Assembly (NCBI GenBank): GCA_036392515.1
Contig: DASVXU010000144.1
Coordinates: forward strand, 20,385-84,384
DNA: 64,000 nt
Origin: Gemmatimonadaceae bacterium
GTDB taxonomy: Bacteria; Gemmatimonadota; Gemmatimonadetes; Gemmatimonadales; Gemmatimonadaceae
Direction: 5' to 3'
Positions within the stretch are counted from its first letter, which is position 1; each line of letters begins with the position of its first letter. The notes under the pieces were generated by a model. The model was given only the letters and a program-made list of their open reading frames with translations, was not told the DNA's origin and did not search any database. Made by a program: the position numbers and the translations under genes. Shown piece by piece: positions 19,794 through 27,219 of this stretch.

Positions 19794-22261
19794 GGCTGAA
19801 CTCCCTCCACCTCGTCAACTTCCGGCAGCACGCCGACACGAAGATCGAGTTCGACCTCGGGCTCACGGGGATCATCGGCCCCAACGGCTCCGGGAAGTCC
19901 ACGATCCTCGAGGCGATCGCCTGGGCCCTCTACGGCCAGAGCGCGGCGCGCGGGACGCGCGAGTCGATCCGCTTCGCCCGCGCCGGCGCGCGCGCGCAGG
20001 TGCGCGTCGAGCTGGACTTCGAGCTCGGCGGCCACCGCTATCGCGTCGTGCGCGGGCTCACGAGCGCCGAGCTGTACCTCGACAACTCGGCGGCGCCGAT
20101 CGCCAACTCGCTGACCGGGGTCACCGAGCTGCTGCAGCGCCGGCTCGGGATGAGCCAGCGCGAGTTCTTCAACACGTACTTCACCGGCCAGAAGGAGCTC
20201 GCCGTGATGGCGGCGATGCAGCCGGCGGAGCGCGCGAAGTTCCTCTCGCAGGTGCTCGGCTACGAGAAGCTGAAGCAGGCGCAGGACCTCGTGCGCGAGC
20301 AGCGCGGCCGCATCGTCGCCGAGGCGAACGGACTGCGCGCCGGCATGCCCGACGCCGCGACCGTCGCGCGGATGCTCGAGGAGTCCGGGGCGCGGCTCGC
20401 CGCGGCGCGGCAGCAGCTCGCCGCGGCGGAGCGGCGCACCGCCGCCGCGGACGCGCGCTTCGCCGACATCGGCCCGCGCTTCGAGCGCGCGCAGACGGAG
20501 CGCGAGCAGGCGCAGCGCGTGCGCGAGGATCTCCGCGTCGCGGAGCTCGAGGAGCAGGGGATGGCGCGCGACCTCGATCGCATCGGGCGCGAGCTCGCCG
20601 AGATCGAGGCCGCGCGCGCCGAGCTGGCGCGCGTGCAGGCCGAGGTCGCTCCCCTCGCCGAGATCCACGTCGAGCTGACCCGCCTCGAGGCGCTCGCGCG
20701 CGAGGAGGGGCGTCGCGCCGCCTTGCTCGACGCGGCGCGCGGGCTCGAGGACGAGCTGGCGCGGCTGCGCGAGCGGAAGGCCCGCCTCGACCAGGCGCCG
20801 GTGCTCGAGGAGGAGATCACGCTCGAGCTGGAGAAGAAGCGCCACGAGCTCGAGGACGCGTTAGGCAGGCTCGAGGCGGTGCGCACGGAGTGGGTCCGCG
20901 ACCGGCAGGAGGCGGAGACCAAGCTGCAGGCGCTGCGCGCGCAGTACTCCGAGGCGCGCGACCAGCGCGAGCGGCTCGTCAGGGCCGGCGAGGAGGGCGC
21001 CTGCCCGACCTGCGCCCGTCCCCTCGGGGGCCACTATCGGCAGGTGCTCGAGCTGCTCGACGAGCAGATCGAGACGCTGCGCGTGGACGGCAACTACTAC
21101 CGCAATCGCATCGAGCAGCTCGGCGAGATGCCGGAGCCGGTCAAGGTCGAGGACGAGCGCCGCCGCACCCTCACCCAGGAGACCGGCGCGCTCGAGCGTC
21201 GTCTCGCGAAGTGCCAGCTCGGCGTGCAGGAGCTGTCGATGGTCACGCGCGAGATCTCGGGGAAGGAGCAGCGCATCGCGGGCCTGCGCCGCGACCTCGA
21301 GGCGATCCCCGCCGGCTACGACGCGAAGCGTCACGAGTTCCTGCGCGGCGAGGTCGATCGCCTGGCGCCCCTCGACGCGAAGGCGGCGCGCCTCGACGCG
21401 CAGATCGGGCGCGAGCCGCAGCTCCGCCGCGAGCACGACGCGATCGCCCACCGCCGCACGGGCATCGCGACGACGCTCGCCACCCTCCGCGCGCGCGCGC
21501 AGGCGCTCGGCTTCTCGCAGCCGAGCTTCGAGCAGATGCGCGAGGAGTTCGACGCCGCGCTCGCCGAGCTCCGTGCCGCCGAGCTCGGGGCGATGTCGGC
21601 GCAGGGCGACGTGCAGACCGCGCAGGCGACGTTCACGATGGCCGAGCAGGCGGACGCGGAGCTGAAGCGCACTCGCGACAAGCTCGAGGAGGTGCTTCGC
21701 GCCAAGCGCCTCCACGACGAGCTCGATCGCGCGTACTCCGACATCCGCACCGATCTCAACCTCCAGCTGCGGCCGGAGATCTCGGAGCTCGCGAGCTCCT
21801 TCCTCGTCGAGCTCACCGACGCGCGCTACTCCGAGCTCGAGCTGGACGACCAGTACCGGCTCACCGTGCTCGAGGAGGGAGTGCCGAAGCCCGTCATCTC
21901 CGGCGGCGAGGAGGATCTCGCGAACCTCGTGTTCCGCCTCGCGATCTCCCAGATGATCGCCGAGCGGGCGGGGCAGGAGCTGTCGCTGCTCATCCTCGAC
22001 GAGGTGTTCGGCTCGCTCGACGAGTCGCGCCGGCAGAACGTCGTGGAGCTGCTGCGCCGGCTCGGCGACCGCTTCGAGCAGGTCATCGTCATCACGCACA
22101 TCGAGTCGGTGCGCGAGGGGATGGACCGCGTCATCGAGGTGGGCTACGACGAGACCAACGGCACCTCGCGCGTCGCGGTGACCGACGGCGGTGCCGCGGC
22201 GGCCGGAGGGTCGGTCATCGGACGTATCGGTGCCGACGACTTCGCGGCCGCGTTAGGTTAG
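19790..22261 (+). CDS. Rad50/SbcC-family ATPase
   Basis: The GTG start overlaps the mre11 stop (VRLNSLHLVNF). It has Walker A GPNGSGKST, a long coiled coil with a mid-coil zinc hook CPTC, signature SGGEEDL, Walker B LLILDEVF and H-loop VITH. Confidence 0.9.
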   Translation: MRLNSLHLVNFRQHADTKIEFDLGLTGIIGPNGSGKSTILEAIAWALYGQSAARGTRESIRFARAGARAQVRVELDFELGGHRYRVVRGLTSAELYLDNSAAPIANSLTGVTELLQRRLGMSQREFFNTYFTGQKELAVMAAMQPAERAKFLSQVLGYEKLKQAQDLVREQRGRIVAEANGLRAGMPDAATVARMLEESGARLAAARQQLAAAERRTAAADARFADIGPRFERAQTEREQAQRVREDLRVAELEEQGMARDLDRIGRELAEIEAARAELARVQAEVAPLAEIHVELTRLEALAREEGRRAALLDAARGLEDELARLRERKARLDQAPVLEEEITLELEKKRHELEDALGRLEAVRTEWVRDRQEAETKLQALRAQYSEARDQRERLVRAGEEGACPTCARPLGGHYRQVLELLDEQIETLRVDGNYYRNRIEQLGEMPEPVKVEDERRRTLTQETGALERRLAKCQLGVQELSMVTREISGKEQRIAGLRRDLEAIPAGYDAKRHEFLRGEVDRLAPLDAKAARLDAQIGREPQLRREHDAIAHRRTGIATTLATLRARAQALGFSQPSFEQMREEFDAALAELRAAELGAMSAQGDVQTAQATFTMAEQADAELKRTRDKLEEVLRAKRLHDELDRAYSDIRTDLNLQLRPEISELASSFLVELTDARYSELELDDQYRLTVLEEGVPKPVISGGEEDLANLVFRLAISQMIAERAGQELSLLILDEVFGSLDESRRQNVVELLRRLGDRFEQVIVITHIESVREGMDRVIEVGYDETNGTSRVAVTDGGAAAAGGSVIGRIGADDFAAALG

Positions 22262-22265
22262 TTCC

Positions 22266-23240
22266 ATGGCCACCGCCCGCAGCTGGCGCCGCGGCGTCGA
22301 CGTCAGCGGTCCGCACCCGATCCGCACCGAGGACATCCGTTCGCTGAACGAGGTGTTCAGCGACGCGTTCACCGATCGCTATCGCCGCGACGGCCTCGTC
22401 GGCGTGCGCGTCCCGATGCTCAATCCTTCCGTCTGGCGCTACGCGATCGAGGACGCGGCCGGGGGCGCGATGCTCTGGCGCGACGAGCGCGGCGACATCG
22501 CCGCCTTCAACGTCGCGCACGTGAGCGGCGCCGAAGGGTGGATGGGACCTCTCGCCGTGCGTCCCGACTCCCAGGGGATGGGGCTCGGCAAGCGCATCGT
22601 GCAGGCGGGGATCGACTTCGTGCGCTCGCGTGGCGCGCGCGTCGTCGGGCTCGAGACGATGCCGCGCACGCTCGACAACATCGGCTTCTACTCCCTGCTC
22701 GGCTTCGTGCCCGGCCGTCTCACGCTGACGCTGACCCTCGACGCGGGCGCGGCGGAGCGGACGCCGGTGCTCTACGGGCGGCTGCGCGAGAGCGAGAAGC
22801 GGCCGATGCGCGAGGCGTGCGCGGCGCTCGTGCAGGGGATGCTTCCCGGCTACGACTACAGCCGCGAGATCGAGCTCACCGATTCGCTGGCGCTCGGCGA
22901 CACCGTCCTGCTGCTGCGCGGCTCGCAGGTGGCCGGGTTCGCGATCTGTCACTCGGTGCCGCTCGTCGAAGGACGCACGCGCGAGGAGCTGCGCGTGCTC
23001 AAGCTGGTCCTCGAGCGCGAGTCGGATCTCGAAGAGATGGTGCGCGCCCTCGGCGATGTCGCCCGTCGCAGCGGCACGCGCCGCGTCGCGATCCGCGTCC
23101 AGGGCGAGTACGAGTCCGTCTACCGCCGCGTCATCGCGTTAGGCGGCCGGGTCCGCTGGAGCGATCTGCGCATGTCGCTGGTGGACTTCCAGGAGCGCAT
23201 GCCGCGGACCGGCGTGGTGATCTCGAACTGGGAGATCTGA
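22266..23240 (+). CDS. GNAT-family N-acetyltransferase (two-domain)
   Basis: It has an acetyl-CoA binding pattern (LAVRPDSQGMGLGKRIVQAGIDF). It starts 4 nt after the rad50 stop. Confidence 0.8.
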   Translation: MATARSWRRGVDVSGPHPIRTEDIRSLNEVFSDAFTDRYRRDGLVGVRVPMLNPSVWRYAIEDAAGGAMLWRDERGDIAAFNVAHVSGAEGWMGPLAVRPDSQGMGLGKRIVQAGIDFVRSRGARVVGLETMPRTLDNIGFYSLLGFVPGRLTLTLTLDAGAAERTPVLYGRLRESEKRPMREACAALVQGMLPGYDYSREIELTDSLALGDTVLLLRGSQVAGFAICHSVPLVEGRTREELRVLKLVLERESDLEEMVRALGDVARRSGTRRVAIRVQGEYESVYRRVIALGGRVRWSDLRMSLVDFQERMPRTGVVISNWEI

Positions 23241-23411
23241 ACGGCGACGAGAGAGCGGGGAGTCAGTCCAACGAGAGACCTGTAAGGGGCCGATTCTTTG
23301 AACGAGAGAGGGGACGACCTGCGAACCCGCGGGTTCGTCCCTTCCTCGTTGTCCTTCAACTCGCCAGTCGCTCGTCCCGCTTCGGAGCCTCTCACGTCTC
23401 TCGTCGCAGCG
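23241..23411. repeat. Compound hairpin element, type A copy 4
   Basis: It begins GAACGGCGACGAGAGAG and ends TCGGAGCCTCTCACGTCTCTCGTCGCAGCG. There is an inner hairpin gggacga...gaacccgcgggttc...gtccc. It lies between convergent stops at 23240 and 23462. Confidence 0.8.
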
Positions 23412-23461
23412 TCCGACCCGGGACATCGCGCCCTGTTACGCCCCCGCCCGCTCTCGCGTCT

Positions 23462-23647
23462 CTACTCCGATCGCCGCGACACGGTTCGCTTCGGTCGCGC
23501 GACGATTCCCCAGAGCAGCAGGAAGATTCCGCCGGTGAGCAGACCGTGGAACCATCCCGGCGCTTCGAAGTAGAAGGTGCCCACTGCCCAGAGGACGAGC
23601 ACGACGAGTGCGATCGGGATCGCTGATCCTGTCAGGAAAGTTCGCAT
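23462..23647 (-). CDS. Small membrane protein (lmo0937-like family, inference)
   Basis: ORF 23462..23719, with the likely start at MRTFLTGSAIPIALVVLVLWAVGTFYFEAPGWFHGLLTGGIFLLLWGIVARP. There are two TM helices. Confidence 0.55.
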   Translation of the reverse strand: MRTFLTGSAIPIALVVLVLWAVGTFYFEAPGWFHGLLTGGIFLLLWGIVARPKRTVSRRSE

Positions 23648-23765
23648 TGACGTGATCTGATCTGGTCCGTAGGTTGCGATTGAGAAGGAACGCAGGAGCA
23701 CGAGGGACGGAGAGCTCACTTTTTTGAGCCAACAAGTCCACCGAGTGGGTTCGATAATCTATACT

Positions 23766-23893
23766 GACGTCACGCCTCCAGTGCGGGGGAAGACGGAAGG
23801 TGTGGTGAGGACCTCATACATTCGACTGGGCTTCAAAAAACCTCTTCGTTCCCTTCCCCGTGAGCCCCGCAGCGATGCGGGGCTCGCCTTTTT
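23766..23893 (+). ncRNA. Candidate structured small RNA or leader ending in an intrinsic terminator
   Basis: This is a non-coding AT-richer island. The purine run gggggaagacggaagg can pair with ccttcgttcccttcccc downstream, and a clean terminator follows. I cannot assign it to any known RNA family. Confidence 0.2.
23862..23893 (+). terminator. Rho-independent terminator
   Basis: GAGCCCCGC-agcgat-GCGGGGCTC followed by gccTTTTTg. Confidence 0.7.
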
Positions 23894-24051
23894 GCGGTAG
23901 CTTTGGAACGGTCGCGGCGGCCAGCTCATTGGTTGCCGGTCGCCGGTCTTGGGTGTGCCGTCGCCGTTCCCGCATCCTCGTATCCCGCATCGCGGTCTCG
24001 CCGAACGCAGCGAAGGCCCCCTCGCATCGCTGTTTCCCAGGTACCCGCATC

Positions 24052-24465
24052 ATGCCCGAAGTCACCGTCACGCGTCGCCTCACCTTCAACGCCGCCCATC
24101 GCGTGCATAACCCCGCGCTGAGCGACGCCGAGAACGATGCCCTGTTCGGGAAGTGCAACAACCCGAACTGGCACGGCCACAACTACGTCCTCGAGGTCTC
24201 CGTCACCGGCGAGGTGAGCGAGAAGACCGGATATGTGATGGACCTCGGCGCGCTGAAGCGCCTCGTCAACGAGCGTGTCGTCGACCGGATGGACCACCGC
24301 AACCTGAACGTCGAGGTCGACTTCATGCGCGGCGTCATCCCGACCACCGAGAACATCGTCGTCGCCTGCTGGCGCGTCCTCGAGCCGGCGATCAGGCCGG
24401 CGAGGCTCGCGCGGCTGCGCCTCTGGGAGACCGAGAACAACTATGTCGAATACGAAGGGAAGTAA
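24052..24465 (+). CDS. 6-pyruvoyl-tetrahydropterin synthase (animal-type PTPS motif; QueD superfamily)
   Basis: It contains FGKCNNPNWHGHNY, nearly identical to the catalytic Cys/His block CNNPNGHGHNY of animal PTPS. It also has TTENI and a C-terminal ETENNYVEYEGK. Confidence 0.88.
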   Translation: MPEVTVTRRLTFNAAHRVHNPALSDAENDALFGKCNNPNWHGHNYVLEVSVTGEVSEKTGYVMDLGALKRLVNERVVDRMDHRNLNVEVDFMRGVIPTTENIVVACWRVLEPAIRPARLARLRLWETENNYVEYEGK

Positions 24466-25147
24466 GGAGTCCCGTCGCGCCGTCGACGCGAGCGCTCTGC
24501 GCCCCGATCATCCCGAGACCGACGGCCGCGTGCTCGTCACCGAGGCCGATCGCACCGGCTCCGCCGACGCGCTCTACGACCCGGAGTACTCGCGCATGGT
24601 CGCGAAGCAGCTCGAGCTGCTCGGCGAGGATCCGTCGCGCGAGGGGCTCCTCCGCACGCCCGTCCGCGTCGCGCGCGCGATGCGCTGGATGACGCGCGGC
24701 TACACGCTCGACGTGCAGCGCGTCGTCGGCAACGCCGTGTTCGAGTCGGAGAGCGAGAACATGATCATGGTGCGCGACATCGAGTTCTACTCGCTGTGCG
24801 AGCACCACATGATCCCCTTCTTCGGGCGCGTGCACGTCGCGTACATCCCCGACCGCAAGATCGTCGGCCTCTCCAAGCTGCCGCGGCTCGTCGAGGTCTT
24901 CGCGCGGCGGCTGCAGGTGCAGGAGCGGCTCACCGAGGAGATCGCCTGCGCGGTGGACGACGTGCTCAAGCCCAAGGGGGTCGGCGTCGTCGTCGAGGCG
25001 GCGCACCTCTGCATGATGATGCGCGGCGTCGAGAAGCAGGCCTCGAAGACGATCACCTCGGCGCTGCGCGGGATCTTCCGCTCCGACGCGCGGACGCGCG
25101 ACGAGTTCCTGCGCCTCGCCCACAACGGCAGCGCCAGCGCGCTGTGA
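24443..25147 (+). CDS. folE: GTP cyclohydrolase I
   Basis: It has YSLCEHHMIPFFGRVHVAYIP, GLSKLPR and QVQERLT motifs. It overlaps the PTPS gene by 23 nt. Confidence 0.93.
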   Translation: MSNTKGSKESRRAVDASALRPDHPETDGRVLVTEADRTGSADALYDPEYSRMVAKQLELLGEDPSREGLLRTPVRVARAMRWMTRGYTLDVQRVVGNAVFESESENMIMVRDIEFYSLCEHHMIPFFGRVHVAYIPDRKIVGLSKLPRLVEVFARRLQVQERLTEEIACAVDDVLKPKGVGVVVEAAHLCMMMRGVEKQASKTITSALRGIFRSDARTRDEFLRLAHNGSASAL

Positions 25148-25875
25148 GCGGGGCGCCTTCCGCGGGCGGAAGCGCACTCGGCGGCCGCGTCGCGGTCGTC
25201 ACCGGCGCCTCGCGCGGCATCGGGCTCGCCGTGGCGCGCGCCCTCGCCGGAGCGGGGGCGCGCGTCGCGATGCTCGCCCGCGGTGCCGATGCACTGCGTG
25301 ACGCCGCGCGGCCGTTAGGCGCGGTCGCCGTCCCCTGCGACGTCGGGGACGAGCGCGCGGTCGCGGGCGCGCTCGAGCGCATCGGCGGGGAGCTCGGAGC
25401 CCCGGAGATCCTCGTCAACAACGCCGGCATCTTCCGCCTCGCTCCCGTCGAGCGCACCACCGCCGCCGACCTCCGCGAGACCCTCGAGGTGAACCTCGTC
25501 GCGCCCTTCGTCCTCACGCGCGCGCTCGTCCCCGCGATGCGCGCCGCGGGGCGCGGGCATGTCGTCACCATCGGCTCCATCGCCGACCGCGCGACCTTCC
25601 CGGAGAACGGCGCCTACGCGGCGAGCAAGTTCGGCGCGCGCGCGATGCACCAGGTGCTGCGCGAGGAGCTGCGGGGCAGCGGGGTGCGCGCGACGCTCGT
25701 CTCCCCGGGTCCGGTCGATACGCCGCTCTGGGACGCGATCGGCCCCGACGATCGCGAGGGGTTCACCCCGCGCGCCCGGATGCTCGACGCCGGCGCCGTC
25801 GCCGACGCCGTGCTCTTCGCGGTGACCCGTGAGGCGAGCGTGAACGTGGACGAGCTGCGCCTCTCGCGCGCCTGA
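25144..25875 (+). CDS. Short-chain dehydrogenase/reductase (candidate sepiapterin/pteridine reductase by context)
   Basis: The GTG start overlaps the folE stop. It has TGASRGIG, NNAG and the YAASK catalytic motif. Confidence 0.85.
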   Translation: MSGAPSAGGSALGGRVAVVTGASRGIGLAVARALAGAGARVAMLARGADALRDAARPLGAVAVPCDVGDERAVAGALERIGGELGAPEILVNNAGIFRLAPVERTTAADLRETLEVNLVAPFVLTRALVPAMRAAGRGHVVTIGSIADRATFPENGAYAASKFGARAMHQVLREELRGSGVRATLVSPGPVDTPLWDAIGPDDREGFTPRARMLDAGAVADAVLFAVTREASVNVDELRLSRA

Positions 25876-25878
25876 CGC

Positions 25879-26535
25879 GTGCACTCGGAGATCGTCGACA
25901 CCCTGCGCTGTCTCGGCGCGCACGAGGAGAGCTGGCTCGTCGCCGCCGCCGACGTCACCGAGGACCGGCACATCATGCGCGGGATCCTCGGCTGCCCGAC
26001 CTGCCGCGCGCGCTATCCGATCGAGGACGGGGTCGCGGACTTCACCGGCGGCCGCCCGCGGCACGTCGCCGTCGAGCCGGACGGCCCGCCGCTGGAGGAG
26101 GGCGACGCGCTGAAGCTCGCCGCGATGCTCGACCTCACCGAGGCGGGCGGTTACGTCCTCCTGCTCGGCCGCTGGGCGCGGCTCGCGAGCGCGCTGCGCG
26201 AGATCGTCCCGGTGATGGTGATCGTCGCCAACGCTCCGCCGGACGTCGTCATGGGCGCGGGAGTGTCGGGGGTCCACGTCGGCGATCGCCTCCCTCTCGC
26301 CGCGAGCTCGGCGCGCGGCGCCGCGATCGACGGCGGCAGCGCGGCACTCGCCGAGTCCGCGATCGCCGCGGTGCGATCGGGGGGACGGATCGTCGGCGAG
26401 GCGTCGCTCGAGCCGCCCGTGGACGTCGAGCTGCTCGCGCGCGACGAGCGACACTGGGTCGGAACGCGACGGGGCGGGGGACCGCTCCTGAAGCTGGTAC
26501 GCGGCGGCGCGCCCGCACCGCGAGAGGGTGGATGA
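25879..26535 (+). CDS. Trm112-like zinc-ribbon protein fused to a methyltransferase-like region
   Basis: The N-terminal part reads GILGCPTCRARYPIEDGVADF (Trm112/UPF0434 pattern). The remainder is weakly Rossmann-like, and I did not recognise a clear SAM motif. Confidence 0.5.
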   Translation: MHSEIVDTLRCLGAHEESWLVAAADVTEDRHIMRGILGCPTCRARYPIEDGVADFTGGRPRHVAVEPDGPPLEEGDALKLAAMLDLTEAGGYVLLLGRWARLASALREIVPVMVIVANAPPDVVMGAGVSGVHVGDRLPLAASSARGAAIDGGSAALAESAIAAVRSGGRIVGEASLEPPVDVELLARDERHWVGTRRGGGPLLKLVRGGAPAPREGG

Positions 26536-26583
26536 AGCGCGAAGGGCGCCGGACGAACCGTCCGGCGCCCTTCGCGCTTCATC
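26531..26583. terminator. Perfect hairpin with a stem of about 25 bp between convergent genes
   Basis: gatgaagcgcgaagggcgccggacg-aac-cgtccggcgcccttcgcgcttcatc. It overlaps the stop of 25879..26535. Confidence 0.75.
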
Positions 26584-26592
26584 TCGCCTCTC

Positions 26593-27087
26593 TCAGGGCG
26601 CGACTTTCCCCGCGGCCTCGGCCATCGACTTCTTGTGCCAGATGGAGCTCGGCACGACGGCGGTCGTCCCGTTCGCCGCCGGCGGCGGCGCGAAGACGAG
26701 CGATCCACCCGCGGCGCTGGCGACGATGACGATCGGCTTCCCGGCCGCGAACGACGCGGCGAGCGGACCCTGATCCGCGCTCCCGCCGGTCGGCGTCAGC
26801 GTGAGCAGACCGTCGCCGTAGCCGGTCGTGCCCGAGACCAGCACGTTCGAGCGCGAGGGATACTTCGCGCTGATCGTGAAGGTCGACGGTTGAAGCGAGA
26901 GCTCGACGAGGCTCGCCCCGGCGAACGCGGTCGAGTCGGGGTTCGCGAGCACCCAGTCGCCGTAGATGCTCGTGCTCGAGGGCTCACGGTGCGCCGGCGG
27001 CGCGTCCTTGATGCCGAACGTCTTGCGTATCGTCCCGCAACCCGCGAGCGCCACCACGATGGCGGCCACAGCGGTTACTCTGCGCAT
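26593..27087 (-). CDS. Lipoprotein, function unknown
   Basis: Signal plus lipobox MRRVTAVAAIVVALAGC. 164 aa. Confidence 0.6.
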   Translation of the reverse strand: MRRVTAVAAIVVALAGCGTIRKTFGIKDAPPAHREPSSTSIYGDWVLANPDSTAFAGASLVELSLQPSTFTISAKYPSRSNVLVSGTTGYGDGLLTLTPTGGSADQGPLAASFAAGKPIVIVASAAGGSLVFAPPPAANGTTAVVPSSIWHKKSMAEAAGKVAP

Positions 27088-27141
27088 CGGATCTCCTTGC
27101 CTGTTCGGTCGGGAGAAAATGCAGAGACCGTGCCCGGCTCG

Positions 27142-27219
27142 GGGGAGTACGGGGCTCGGGAGTACGGGAGTACGCAGCTGCCCTCTGGCAGTGCCGTACT
27201 CCCGTACTCTCTACTCCCC
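27142..27219. repeat. Long hairpin element, type C copy 1 (GAGTACGG/CCGTACTC words)
   Basis: ggggagtacggggctcgggagtacgggagtacgcagctgcc pairs with ggcagtgccgtactcccgtactctctactcccc. The right arm supplies the last codons (GE) and the TAG stop of fadD. Confidence 0.85.

Noticed and set aside
14413-22261. The NurA/HerA region as an anti-phage defence island.
   Set aside because: HerA partners do occur in defence systems, but here the pair is co-oriented with Mre11 and Rad50. It is surrounded by housekeeping genes, with no integrase, toxin, SIR2/TIR/nuclease effector or mobile-element scars. A DNA-repair role is the simpler reading, and I keep defence only as an untested alternative.
23744-23760. 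A tRNA T-arm-like string GGGTTCGATAATC, which might mark a tRNA gene or an integration att site.
   Set aside because: It does not fit GGTTCGAATCC. No acceptor, D or anticodon arms can be drawn around it, and there is no integrase nearby.
23894-24051. A preQ1 riboswitch upstream of a QueD-family gene.
   Set aside because: No preQ1-I/II/III consensus sequence is visible. The gene carries the PTPS-type CNNPNxHGH motif and is coupled to folE and an SDR, which points to pterin rather than queuosine metabolism.
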